A stretch of 63,798 nucleotides of DNA, filler included, from Dirinaria sp. TL-2023a (Eukaryota), in the NCBI GenBank assembly GCA_051941275.1. It is 32 parts of 32 records of this genome, joined end to end, with 100 filler letters (N's around TTAATTAATTAA, not from the genome) between each part and the next. Parts side by side here need not be neighbours in the genome. Positions count along the whole stretch, not along the records: positions 24,239 to 26,145 come from JAVEBF010002477.1; positions 26,246 to 28,151 come from JAVEBF010002478.1; positions 28,252 to 30,156 come from JAVEBF010002479.1; positions 30,257 to 32,154 come from JAVEBF010002480.1; positions 32,255 to 34,152 come from JAVEBF010002481.1; positions 34,253 to 36,138 come from JAVEBF010002482.1; positions 36,239 to 38,124 come from JAVEBF010002483.1; 25 more parts are not named here. One strand, 5' to 3'. Shown piece by piece: positions 24,139-37,248 of the stretch. Each line of letters opens with the position of its first letter. The stretch's first letter is position 1. Made by a program: the position numbers and the translations under genes. The notes under the pieces were generated by a model. The model had not been told where the DNA came from. It worked only from the letters and a program-made list of their open reading frames with translations, and did not search any database.

Positions 24139-27100
24139 NNNNNNNNNNNNNNNNNNNNNNNNNNNNNNNNNNNNNNNNNNNNTTAATTAATTAANNNNNN
24201 NNNNNNNNNNNNNNNNNNNNNNNNNNNNNNNNNNNNNNTTTGCTACGTGTGCCGCTTTGGCAGATATCGGAGGCTTTTCCGTGATTGCTACTCTATCTCA
24301 TGAAAAGGGTTGACCTGCTATGATACTTTCACGTGGCGCAGAAAGAGAGAGATAAATGCCACTTTACCCCCCGGTCAAGCCAGGTGTGCTTTGTAGCAAA
24401 GAGCCATGTGGGAAATAATATGGAAAAGCTTTGCATTCGAGATTGCATCGAGCACTCGTTGTGACCGGCAGGAAACTGTATGTACTGTATGTATACTGTA
24501 CAATATTGTGCCCGGCCTTATGAACCCTTCCTCGACGGTACCGATAATGCATCGAGAAAGAATAATCGGAATCTTTATTCCAAGCATTGGATCATAATTC
24601 TACAACCTTAATACCCCAGCCAGCGATGGCTATTGGATTATTGACCCCCACATCATCGAATCTTGACAAGCAGCCTCAGTAATCCGTGCCCAGAGCTACA
24701 TTCTCTACCTAGCTTTTTCGAAAATCTATCGCACGTAGAAGATATTTTTGTAGAGCATATAAGGTAAGTATTACAGCCTAGCCTTGAAAAAAAGTACATT
24801 CAATAGAATCTTGAGCCACTGACAAATATTTTCCTTCCCTTGCGTCTCACTACTATCAACGACCGCGATTCGACTCCAAACATCTCTGTTTCTATATTCG
24901 TATTAAGCTTCTACGAATCTTATCTTCCGACACCGACCGTAGAATGATTTTTTATGGAGCGTTCGTACTGACTTTTCACACACTCGAGCTAGCCTTCATG
25001 GATATAGGCCGAGCTAACCACGCCAAGGACCCTCTCCCGAGATCTGTCTTCAACCTCGATACTCCTCTTCGCCACTGGCATTCCTTACAGATATTTTATA
25101 AAAAAAAAAAAAAAAAAGAGGGGGGGGTGTTGCGCTCCTACCATCGCAACAGTAGATATATTTTTCAGCATCTATATCGAGCGAAACCATCCTCTTCGAA
25201 ATCTCCCGAAATTCAAGAATACACATAGAGCTACTACTCAGAAGAATCTTCGATTACTGACCATGGCTGCTATTGATATCTTAGCTTGTTTTAGACTCTA
25301 ATGAGTTCGACGCACGAGGAGGCTGGGTAGTCGTGCAAAAGATTTTCTCCTGTTCTAAGAGTTGGAGGACTCAACTGTAGCAACAAGATGTTCTGTATAT
25401 GAGGCTATCGATCTACCTAGCGCAGCTGCTTCAAACCCCGTGGCAGCAGTAATGATCTTCGAGGCTGAACCTTTTTGCGAAGGATACACGATACTTATTG
25501 ACCAAGATTCAGAAGTTAAGAAGCGAAAGCCTAAATGCACTCTAATCTAGCATAGGGTTTAAGCCATCTATAGTCCCCCTATCCGCATCCATCCTCAGTC
25601 CCACTGTCTCGGGCCATTTTCCAGTCTATCTCTCAACATCCATTGAAAGAAGAGGAAAGAAGAAGAAAAAAACTTTTTTTTTACACATTTTTCATTCACG
25701 ACAATCGCCCAAGCGACTCCCATCGCACGTTCAGTCCTCTTTTTAATACAAGTCCAGAAGCAAAGCAAATTTCGAAGAGCACTTGCCGACCAAGGCTGAG
25801 CTGAAAATAAAAGCGCAACCTCATTCTCAAGGACTTAATTAAGAAGTCATAGATAAAAAGGGAGAGATAAAAAAGATAAAGCGAGAGGGGTAATATGTTG
25901 AGCAGTGACGAGTATTACAGAGCGAAAGAGAGAAATCGATCTTCAAGGTATTGGATTCTTGATATTTTTTATCTTGTTAAGATTTGATATGGAGAAGGCT
26001 GACAATAAATGTCCCTAAACCCTGTGATAAATGAACAACTTGATCCTTCTCCCCACTTTCCCCTCTTCCTTTCCCTCTCTTCAGTCTTCCATTCAATCGC
26101 AATCTGATTGGAAGGGGGGAAAAAAAAGCAAGTTAAAAATCAACCNNNNNNNNNNNNNNNNNNNNNNNNNNNNNNNNNNNNNNNNNNNNTTAATTAATTA
26201 ANNNNNNNNNNNNNNNNNNNNNNNNNNNNNNNNNNNNNNNNNNNNCATCAATATATCAAGGTTAAAATCCATTGCTATGCGCCTCGGAATCGCAAGGCGC
26301 ACTTTCTCTGGGGAAGCACGAGCGATAAGTTGGGTCCCCAGTCCAATCATTCTTCCACGTATAAGCCTGCCCACTGGGGGCCTTCCTTATGCGGTATCGT
26401 ATCCATCGAATCATATTTCAATGGCAATAATTCATATGTTGAGTGTTTTCAAAAGTGCCTGTGGATTCCAGAATCACGAACATTTCACCATGACCCTTTG
26501 TAGTTCCAGTCACTGTAAAAGTTTCTAGGCGCGCTAGGCGCAGCAGTAGCCGCCGCCTACACCCAAAGTTTACACCCGCAATGCTTAAGTTTCACTTACA
26601 TTCCTCCCTCTTCCTAAGTATATGTACCGTATATTCTCCGATTGTGACCGCCTTCCAAAGCTTTCAGCTTTCGACTTCCCCCTTCTCTGCTTCGAAGTCT
26701 TTCTACATCTACTTTACGTTTTATCACCGTGCCTGCCTTCAAGTATACCAGGAAGCTCGTACCTACTCAACCTAACCCTTTCCATAGTATCCGAAGATGC
26801 TGCCCGCCTTTGAAGAAATCTTTGAATTACTTGAGCTTGTACAGAGCCTTTCTTCCCTCTTTCACTTATCTGACTACAAGAGAAAAGCCTATTCCTTCCT
26901 AAATTTCTTTCATAACTGAAAAGTAGTAGAGCTCTACCGGCTGAGGAGACATGCTCGTCCGGCCTTGAAGCGAAGAGCTACTCCCTAATCTTTTTCCCAA
27001 GGACATTAGGATTGAGTCATCTGTCTCCGAGGTGTTCGAAAGCGAATAGGCGGTAACCCACCATCATCTTCAAAGCTCCTCAGTCACTAATCTGGAGTAT

Positions 27101-28379
27101 CGACATTGGGACTCCTATCATTTACGGTGCCTCAAGCGATAATGCTTACATGCAGCGGCTATGGCGAATATTTTAGATCTTCCAAGTGGACGTTCTTATG
27201 CGATCTGAACAACGTGATAATGTAATGATCAAGCCGCTCAGTAAACGTACAGTAACTTAGAGAAAACCTTTGGAAAGGACCATCAGTCTTCGGAATTTTC
27301 AGTCATTTCGAATACTAGTGTCTTGTTTCAGCTTTCATGATCGCCAAATATACGAAAAGTAGTGAATGGAATTCAAAAATTCAGCTTGACTTGTTAGTGT
27401 TCCTATAATGCAGCTCTGCTACCGTAGCCACAAACACTCCTAGAATTTTGATCTCGTCCATCAATTGATATGCCTCTGTTGGCATGACCGAGCTGTTCCT
27501 CCATTAAGTTTACCTCCCTGTTCCCACGGCTTGGTAGTGGCTAGCCAGTGCGCGAAGCACGCATGACGCTGAGTCACGGATCCTGTGACAATGGTTCCAA
27601 AGATTTTTGACTACCTTACTTCAGCAAGTTCAGAAAGAGCAGCGACTGATTCATTTCCAGCCCAGTCCCCAATTGTATTTAGCATTGGCCAAGGTCACGA
27701 GTCTGATAAGGGTGGGATTATGCTGAATGCAAAGTGTATAGATAGATTCAAAAGAAGAAGCGCTCCGTCCAGCCCCGCGCCTGCCTAATTGCCTGTCTAC
27801 AACAGGTTCCCAACTCCGGCATCATGCCAAGGTAAGATACCTTTTTCATGAACCGTTGGAGCGGTCACTCCCCAACACTACTGCGGCTGATCACCCGGCT
27901 GCCCGGGTGGGCTGTTGAGTCACCACTCACTGCGGCTCGCTCGGTCAGCTACATAGCTCGTTCGCTAAAAGCGGCAACCCTGGGAGAGCCCTTGGCTTTA
28001 ATGGCTTAAGCTGGCTCGGCTCATCGGCTGGGTGCAAATTTCGGTCTTCTTTTGAATGCCAAGACTGGGAAATTGCGCTAAGTTGCGCTTTGTGCAAGTA
28101 ATAATACGCTCTTGCCCGAACGCGCTTCCCCTTAAACTCTCCCCAATAATCNNNNNNNNNNNNNNNNNNNNNNNNNNNNNNNNNNNNNNNNNNNNTTAAT
28201 TAATTAANNNNNNNNNNNNNNNNNNNNNNNNNNNNNNNNNNNNNNNNNNNNGTGTCCTTAGCGGGGGCCTTTTTTAATCAGTAATTAATGAAATGGATAG
28301 TAACAGGATCCAAAGTCTGTGCGAACCTGCCATGAGCGATTTCATGCTCTTCTCTTGTGCGGCGGTCTCTGTTACCACA

Positions 28380-28900
28380 TTCGTGCCATAGGGGTTCTCC
28401 CATGGTTCTTGCACAATAACGTTTTCCTCGCCCTGCGCTATTGTGGACTTTGGTACAAGCTGACCTACCAGTTCCTCACTCTTCCACTTCCGGTTACGCT
28501 TTACCTTGTCGGCAGTAGCGGTTTTCTTAGCCTTTTTCGCGCACACTTTCCATCGCAGCCTCTTTTACAGCACGCTCCGCTTGTGCCTTCTCGAGGTCCT
28601 CAAAAGTCATTGCCCTCGCATTCTCTAGAGTCACTGACCTCCAAAGTTAGTTACACTAGTAGTAGAAGATGAATGAAGACATGGAAATGCACTATCCAGC
28701 GTCAACTGTTCAGATGCAAAAAAGGTTGCCTGTTTTTTACGCAAAACCACACTCTTCGTACTCTGCGGCTGCATTTTTGTCTGGTTGGCGGTGTATGTCT
28801 TACTAAATATGCAACATGCGTCTTGCGGATGCAACAAACCGGCTGCCGAAGCTTGCGCATGATCATCGATGGATCCCTATTCCTGGCTACAGTGTTCCAA
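28380..28900 (-). mobile_element. Decayed C-terminal fragment of a Pogo/Fot1-like transposase
   Basis: Minus-strand STKSVVL and RSVTLENARAMTFEDLEKAQAERAVKEAA followed by a Lys/Arg-rich tail resemble the conserved C-terminus of fungal Fot1/pogo transposases; frameshifted. Confidence 0.5.
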
Positions 28901-29554
28901 GTCATCTGCTACTGGTCATCTAAGTGCATATGTCTGCAGCATGTGAGATAAGTAAACTGCATCATTACATTCACTCGTACTGATTTTACTGGAGGATTGG
29001 CAGTAGCAGAGCTGAAAGGTGGTGACGTAGTTTCAGCTGAGTGATGCAGGGCTCACACGCTAACAGATTAGCTTCATCCATATGCAGATCTCTCAGGACG
29101 CTTGGATTTGGGCCAATCTCCATTCATTATCGTCCTCGTCGACCAGTCCTTGCAACTAAAGCCTCCATATGTATAAAAAGTGAACTTGCGTGGCTGTCAA
29201 GATTGCAGCCTATAATCTCTTACTCTCTCAGAACTAGGTTCACTCCGCCGTGCCGGATTATGCATGCCTTGTCAATAGCGACGATGCCCAACATCGACAC
29301 CCTGAAAGAACAGTACTACGGAAGATTATGAAAATCCTTAGCTTCACCCCGTCCTCATTGTAAAGCGTGCGTTGATCACTTCTGTCTCACGAAAAAGAAT
29401 TTCCCCAGATAACTCTGCATATCAACAACGGCCGACTGCCTCGTCCTGCGCAAATTCGATTTGGGTCCCTGTAAGACCTTCCTTGCGTCCAGCGAATTCC
29501 TCAACTGACATGTCGTTGCCAAGTAATTCAGCAGAGTCTATTTATGTACTGATA

Positions 29555-30156
29555 ATGACTTGGGATTGGTGCTTTGGCATACCCCTCGACCACCGGCTAA
29601 AGCCGTTGCTATCTTCCCAGCCTAAATCCACTCCGAAATCACTTGGTACTCATCAAGCAATACTTGGAAGATATGGGCATGAGGTTGATCATTCTGCAAG
29701 CTGTTCACCAGCAAGCTCAGAGGATGGTATCAAGTTCGCTCAATGGCTTGCTGAGCCTATGCAGCGGGGAGGCCTGGTAGTTGCACTCCTGCAACCTGCT
29801 GAAAGCCAGCGTTATACAACAAATTATGGGACTGTCATAAAAGAGTGCGCAACGCTCTTTTGGCTCAATGATATCTTGCAATTGGTTGGTGACTCCAGTC
29901 TCGGAAATATTAGTTGCTTTGATGCATTTCCTTTCTTCCTAGAAAGGCCTGGATGCAAGCAAGCGTTTCTGCAGATGAGAAATGCTCATGACACCTTCTT
30001 GCAAATGGTCCGTCAAAAAATGCCCGACGTTATACTCTGTGCATGGCAACCCCCCAACGGATTCCAAGAGGCGCAATTCTACAGTAAGGGTATTGGAGCC
30101 ACGAGCGAAACAGAGACTGTCACGGTGTCTGGAAAGTGTATCAAATTGGTCAATGC
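29555..30156 (+). CDS. Uncharacterised protein, putative uracil-DNA-glycosylase-like fold; 3'-truncated
   Basis: Open 200-codon frame with LVVALLQP, ISCFDAFPF, KMPDVILCAW and terminal IKLVNA, where a UDG motif-2 HP would be expected next. Confidence 0.45.
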
Positions 30157-30587
30157 NNNNNNNNNNNNNNNNNNNNNNNNNNNNNNNNNNNNNNNNNNNN
30201 TTAATTAATTAANNNNNNNNNNNNNNNNNNNNNNNNNNNNNNNNNNNNNNNNNNNNGAAAAATGCATTTCCGAGCTTTAAAAGAATGGAGGAAGGGAGTT
30301 CAACGCGCTCTGAGCACTGGCGGGATGTTTTAGCACGCCTTGGCTTGCATTAGGGAGCTTACATAATTGCGTATCATATGTATCATATCTGACGGTATCA
30401 TCATTTCAGACTAGGATTCCAGACTGATTGTGGCGCACCGCGGAAGGCTCTAGAAGTTTCTATGGCAATCCGCACGTTTATTGCTGTCAGGCATAGCCCT
30501 CCCACTGCCTGGTACTGTCCTGAGGCTGCCGCCTCATAGAGGTCGTTCCATTCCTCCCATCATCAACCACCACCGTAGTAACTTTAC

Positions 30588-30863
30588 ATGGACAAAGCTA
30601 GTCAGTTACTGGCATAAGGTCTTCCGGAAGGCGTGCCTAATTCATTCCGTGCCCTAGCTGATCATAGCGACGTCCCTCGCACTACTCTCCAGCATTGTGC
30701 ACGCGGTCGACGGTCCAAGGAAGAGAAGGCTCAAAGCCAACACTATCTCTACCCGTGGGAAGCGAAAGCCCTTGTTAAATTCTTGATACAACAGGATGCT
30801 CTTGGACGCTCCGTGCGAATAAAGTATCTACGTCCAATAGCCTTCAGTATCACCCGTCAGCGT
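30588..30863 (+). mobile_element. N-terminal DNA-binding part (HTH-psq + start of CENP-B HTH) of a Pogo/Fot1-like transposase, truncated, one stop
   Basis: MDKASQLLA*GLPEGVPNSFRALADHSDVPRTTLQHCARGRRSKEEKAQSQHYLYPWEAKALVKFL...GRSVRIKYLRPIAFSI. Confidence 0.8.
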
Positions 30864-30979
30864 TACCCCACTCACAAACATCTAATCTGTGTCCAATACT
30901 CATTTTTGGCCACTATTCCAGCCATCGAGACCAAGTCGCTGATTCGAATCTTTCATTCTTCAAGAGCACAACAAGCTCG

Positions 30980-32154
30980 ATGGAGTCACACGAGAAGATG
31001 GAGCCAGCTCGTCGGCCACTTCAAGATCTGCCAGCAATGCCCCTCAACAAGCGCCCTCAGCCCATATCGACCCCTAGCTCTCCTCTCGAAACAATGAACA
31101 CGCTCAAATCCATTGCACCCATGACCCCCCCAGCCACACCAGTACAACCACGACACAGTTCGTTGACATCAAGCGCAGGCAGCATACCATTGAGCAGCGT
31201 CAATGAGGAGGACCCCCAAGACTCCCCTTCAACAGAGACTTCACAAGACGCAGGGAACGTAACCACCTGAGAAGCAGCAATCCCTCGGCCGAATACCCAT
31301 TCCTACAAACTTCAGCCCCACAATACCTCCGGCTCTGAGTACGGTCGCGGCGTCTGGTCTATCGTTCACCGCGCACATGCCGTCGTTCCGCCTTCTTCAG
31401 CTCCTCCAACACCACCAAATTCACCCCCAACTAGCGCCGGTTCGGACTCCCCTCATAGACTGCGCTTTTTCGCAGTGAAGGCTCCAGCCTGCCGCGATGC
31501 GCACAAAATTCTCGATCACGAAGCCAGGATTCTGACGTATCTACATTCATTCTCTGGTGCGAAGGAGTACCTTGTCCCTTTTCATGGCTACGATGGCTCA
31601 GTACACTGCATACTCCTCGAACCGATTCCTCTCAGTCTTAGTGCGTACGCAAAGAGCTGCGCTCAGAACGCGAAGTTCAATATCTTGATACGAACGATGT
31701 TCGACCCTGTTATAGGCCTCGAGAAGTGAGGTAATCTGGCAAGGCGTCTAATCTCTGGGCTTGTATTCCTGTATTAGTACGATTGTATATACGGGGATGT
31801 GAAACCTGCTAATATACTATTACGTTGCATAGACTCGTGTTACGAGTCAGTATACTGTGATTTCTCTTCCTCAGCCATCACCTTCGACAACACGGCCGAG
31901 ATCACAGCCTTGATACCGAACTACTCGGCCCCCGAGCTACTCTCTTCCCTTACTTCGCATGGAATATCTACCTTGCCGACACGGGAAGCAGACGTTTACG
32001 CACTTGGCGTGACGTTACTCTTCGCTGCTACCGGAGAAAGTCCCTATGCGTGTGCGAGGATGGAAGTTCAGAAATTAAGCATGGTACGAGAAGGTAAGCT
32101 TATCGAGTTTGCGCGTAACGGAGAACAAGCGGCCAGAGTGAGAAAATCTGGGGT
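30980..32154 (+). pseudogene. Fungal Ser/Thr protein kinase pseudogene
   Basis: One frame with in-frame stops (31268, 31727, ~31775): YGRGVWS, FAVK, HEARIL, YGDVKPANILL (HGD lost), YCDFSS, YSAPE, DVYALGVTL. Confidence 0.8.
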
Positions 32155-33285
32155 NNNNNNNNNNNNNNNNNNNNNNNNNNNNNNNNNNNNNNNNNNNNTT
32201 AATTAATTAANNNNNNNNNNNNNNNNNNNNNNNNNNNNNNNNNNNNNNNNNNNNGTAAAGAAGGCAGAAGAAATCTGCTCTCCGCTCAATTAGAAGCTCT
32301 CTCTCGGAATGATCACTTTGAGCGAGTCGACTGAGTGAGCAGAGATGATTCGACTGTCTCATCGAAATAGCAGGAATTCCGAAAGACGGGAAGCCATCCA
32401 TATCTTACTGATCTTAGCAGAAGGCTATGAGTTTTTTGAACGGTAGAATTACGATTATTATTCTACAATCATTTCTGATCAACGATTTAAAAATACTTGG
32501 CTGTCTAAGGATATGATGCACGTTTTTCGTCCAAAAACGGTTATTTTTTATTGGATTACTGCCCAAGCACCGTACAAAGAATCCGGAGCCTTCCGCCAAG
32601 ATACCTTACTCAATGAGGATTGGTATAATTGCCTTCTTGTGTAAGATAAACGTGCAGCCGTTCAAATCCGACTCGCATATCCGCGAGGCTTAGCTCTCCC
32701 TACACAGACTACAATCTTCCTCTCCTGTTCCGAGAGGCGTGCTCGTCCTGTTCGAGAGCATCGCACTGGCTGCTGTCGATGAACCAATCATAGGGGCATC
32801 TACCGTCTCTCTCTGAGCCCACCTGAGAGAGTACCGAGCATATCAGAAGCCAGAGAAGATTGTATTGAAACCATTTATACACGTCATGATCATTACCAGT
32901 CGAGAAGCGTATGGAGATAACCTTCTTCCTCTTCCATCAATCTTGCTACTATTGGATTCATTGACTGAGCGTGTACAAAAGACTGAGAATCCATTTTTTG
33001 ACGCTACTGCACGAGTCCAAAAAGAAAAGAAAAGCTCAAGCATACCTGCCGCGAAACGGCACGGTACATCACTTGAAGCATAATGTCGCACTATTGGTCT
33101 CAGATTAGCTCACATTGCAGCGGTGATCGTATCATGAGTACAGGCAGCTTGCGTGATGGACTCATGTCCTCACGAGAGAAAGTGATAGACGTCGCTCAGC
33201 TGGATAACAGCCTGCCGAGAACCTTTCCTTCAGCTCTGGATAATCAGATTACCGCAAGACTATTAAACGAATAGAGCCGCTGTAA

Positions 33286-34152
33286 TCGTCTTCTAAGACG
33301 CTCCTCTCTTTCTACCAATTTGCTTTCTGCTGGGCTTTGAGCCTCAACCTTGTCGCGGCGAGGACCTCCCCACCAGTAGACTACAGGGTTTGCAACGTTC
33401 CGGGCCTGTCTAATAGAGACACCATCCATGTCATTCAGCGAGAGCTATCAAGCGGATGGTCTTCGAAGAGAGATCAGGATCTTAGAGGTACCACAAGTCT
33501 AGACAAGAGCTGGGATGGTGCTACATTGCTTAAGTTGTAGGTCCTCGCATGCATTTTTTTTTTTTTTTTCATAAGCAAGTGTCTTACTACTATTACAGCG
33601 ATACCTCTGGGACGATCTCAAATACCAGTAGTACGTCCCTCAGAGTCTCTGGGGGGGTGGACATTGTATGCAGTACTTGCTATGTCAAAGGCACGGCCAC
33701 GGCAGAGCTCAAGACTCAGGGAGATTTCACTCCCAGCCAAGTCATCAACGAGACACTGCATGAAGTTCAAGGCAAGGTGGAGAACTTCACCGACAGCCTT
33801 GATGACTACTTCGTCAACTACACAAAAGAGGTGATGGAGGAGTTTGAGACTAATGGCATCATCATCATCGACGATTTTGCATTTCCAACCTTCGATTTCG
33901 ACTTCGGCCTTGACATCCCGGCTATCCCAGATGTCTCTCTCCAGTTCCAATTCGACAGCATGAAGATGTGTAGGCAAATTGACACCACACTTTCATTAAG
34001 TGCAACATACGAAATGAATCTGTTCTCGTCCGAAACAGAAATCGGAATTAAAATTTCAGATAAACTTTCCCTTGGCGTCGTTATCTCCGTGGACCTCATC
34101 CTGGATATGACTGGCGAAATTGACATCAGCAGCGGGTTTCATATCGCTCTTG
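33286..34152 (+). CDS. Secreted/cell-surface beta-rich fungal protein (conserved hypothetical); start codon not found; 3'-truncated; intron ~33536-33598
   Basis: Signal-like LLSFYQFAFCWALSLNLVAA, KR site, LDKSWDGATL, then CSTCYVKGTATAEL and LGVVISVDLILD..GEIDISSGFHI. Confidence 0.5.
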
Positions 34153-34252
34153 NNNNNNNNNNNNNNNNNNNNNNNNNNNNNNNNNNNNNNNNNNNNTTAA
34201 TTAATTAANNNNNNNNNNNNNNNNNNNNNNNNNNNNNNNNNNNNNNNNNNNN

Positions 34253-36138
34253 GAGCTTTTGTGACTGGGCCGGTCTCTGTGGCGTCTTGATTAAGCAGCC
34301 TTTCGACAAGCGATTCGAGGGCATTATCCAACCATGCACTTTGGAGCTTCTCAGCACGCTCATCATCGCTTTTCAAGCCCCAATATTGCCTCATCCACAA
34401 TTCACCCTTCTGATTAGACGTTGCAGCAAGGACGAGATGATTTGCATTTGTATCATTCAATGTCTTGTGGTTATCTACCACCATGTCAATCTGGCGTTCT
34501 TTATCTGTTCCATCATCAAGAGCATCCATGATTGTACATATCTTTGACAAGAGGCTTGTACCTGTAGTGGCATTGATTGTTGCTAGTTCATCGATCTGTA
34601 GGGGACCCGTCCAGATGTCGTATAGGGAATCCGAGTATTCGATGCCGTTACCGGCTCCGTAGACTCTGCCAATGACCTCGTATTTTTTCCTGAGCTGATA
34701 CCGGGAGATGGCCCGCTCAAGTTTCTTGTAGATCTGAGATTTAGCAAGACAATTCTTTCCTGTACCATTCCAAAAATATTGCACGTTTTTCTTTTCCTGG
34801 GAGGTGAATCGATGGTCACTGCCTATCTGGGCATCCGACTGCGCTAAAATCTGACAAATGTATGCATTGGCATACGTTTCTCTGATCCAGTTCCCCTCAT
34901 CTGTGTTTTCGATGGAGCTTGTCAGCTCATGGGGTAAGCCTGAGGGTTTATCACTTGCGCCAAAGAACAGTTTCCTGTCTTCCTCCTTCATGTGCCACTG
35001 CATAACATTTGTCATTGTCGTCTGGGCGCTTGAATTGACTTCCTTAAGATCCAATGGTATATTGGCCAGTTCTTGGAGGACATTTTCCTTGTCATTGGTA
35101 CCAGCCGTGGCGAGTACTCGAGCAAAACGGTGCGGCTCACTGTGTGCGCTCGTTACATCTCGATTCGAGATTTTGGCCATTGATGCTGCTTGAAAAGAAG
35201 CTGCGGTTACAGTCGTCGTGGTTGGCTTGATGTATGTACCCACTAAATAATGCGCCGGACCTTCGTTGCCCTCGGAAGTCGATGAATAAGATCGCGACAA
35301 ACCAGAGAAGGTGACTAGGCCTTGAGAATTTGGCAAGCTCTTCTCCAGATCGATGGTCTGAAAGATTTCCGCAATAGAGAAATCAGGACCTAGGCCGATG
35401 TTTGTGTAATGCAAATTTTTTATAGGAGGCTCCATATCGACATAGCTGTCCTTGTTAGAAGCTTTCCATGTTAAGAATTCGTCCGAAGCTTCGATGAGAG
35501 CTTCTGCATGAAGCAATTCGAACCTGTGATGCTCTCTTTGGCTCACATCATACCTTACAAGATGTTTGTAGCATTTCTGAAGCTCGAGGGATGCGAAGTC
35601 GGGATTTTCGGATCTAGCCTTCTCTACTATCCTGTCTCTCACCTTGTCGTAATCATCGAGACGTAGCCTTGCAAAAGAGTAATGGTTTGCTACTACCGGA
35701 AGAACAATGGCCCCACACCGTAAAGACGGCTGGACATGCGTCTTATTCTGAGGCTCGTAATTCGACGGATCGTACGAAAGAGAGAAAGTAATTGGTTGAC
35801 GGGTAGAAGCTTCCGTGACAAGCCTTGAGCTCATGAGTTTTGTGGCAACCGGCGCGATATTTTCAGAAACATCCGCAACCGTTTGAGCCATGGGTGTGAA
35901 ACTGCCGGTGGCGAGTGCAGACAATTTGGGTTTGATCGTCTCCAGAGTCCCTGGTGTCAACCAGAAAGCTCTGGCCTTGCCCAGGATGCTCTTTTCAGTC
36001 TCGTCCCCTAGTCTTGCGCCAGCAAGAAGGTGTCCAAAGGCTTGCCGGCCTTCACAAGAGAAAGTGCAATGAGCGTGCTCCCATGTGCCATCAGGCACTT
36101 GCCTTGACCACGACAATGAATGTTTATCAAAGGTAGCT
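34253..36138 (-). CDS. Large intronless protein of unknown function, open across the whole contig (both ends truncated)
   Basis: About 628 codons without a stop, with globular-protein composition; no motif I recognise. Confidence 0.8.
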
Positions 36139-36893
36139 NNNNNNNNNNNNNNNNNNNNNNNNNNNNNNNNNNNNNNNNNNNNTTAATTAATTAANNNNNN
36201 NNNNNNNNNNNNNNNNNNNNNNNNNNNNNNNNNNNNNNTGATCCTCTGGCCTTAGGTAGGTCTAAATATTTCCAGATATCTGCTCGCTAGATAGGTGTTT
36301 GCGCACCATGAGAGCTTTTAAAGCAGCGTTTAAAGCTAAGTTAGACCACCTTTGCCACGGGCTTGAATACTTGAGCAAACACCGCTCGCAAAAGTTCCAA
36401 GGGCAGAGAATCAAGCATCTTGCTGCCAACCTTTCCTGCATTAAGCAATCACAACGTGTCGAGAGCGAAAGGTTGGGATACTTTATTCAGTGGGGGCACT
36501 GAAGTGAGACAGCCAGGCACTATCGGGGCGAGTGGGGGGTCGTGGAAGCTATAAGTTACACGGGCTATGAGGCTGCCAAAAGGATCGCATGGTCCACCTA
36601 AAATAGTAAATTTAGACCCCCAGTCTCTTCTGCTAGGGGGAGCGCTTCGGGTCCCACCCTTAACTTAGTTGGGCCAAACGACGAAACGTCGAAACATTGC
36701 GAGCACCCATTTCCTGAGGCGTGAATCATGGCCACCACAACAGTCAGTTTTCAGGGTCAAATGAATTCCCACCTCCTTTCTCCCATATCCCTGCATTTTG
36801 TTGCCTGCGATCCTTTGCCAACCATGATATGGCATGTCACCCTTCTGATCTTGTTGCAGGATAGGCGAATATTTAATTTGGTCTTGCAGGCTC

Positions 36894-37248
36894 TTACTCG
36901 ATCGAATCAGACTCATCGCTTATTGGTTTCTCCTCTTTCAAGTTGTTACACTTCTTGCTGATGATAGAGTCAAAATCTCTTGAAGAGAGGCTAATCGGCA
37001 GCGGATACGATTTCTCCTTCAACTTAGTTAATTCAGATTCAACACATGTGAATGCCTCTTACAATTTCGGATCTGGCGGGAGGTCACTGTTCGTGATCGA
37101 TCGATCGATAAGTATAATATCGTCCGTTTCTATGGATGATCACTGCTACGTCTGTGTGACACAATCGCGCCAGCTGATCTGTCCTCTTGATCAAGTTCGG
37201 TCTCCCACTGGAGAACTGTTGCGTTTTGGCTTTGGTCGCGTGTAACAT
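36894..37248 (-). pseudogene. Small SRF/MADS-box-like protein pseudogene, one intron
   Basis: KAKTQQFSSGRPNLIKRTDQLARLCHTDVAVIIHRNGRYYTYRSIDHEQ*PP, then after a GTAAGA..AAG intron EKSYPLPISL; the conserved W of WPP is TGA. Confidence 0.7.
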
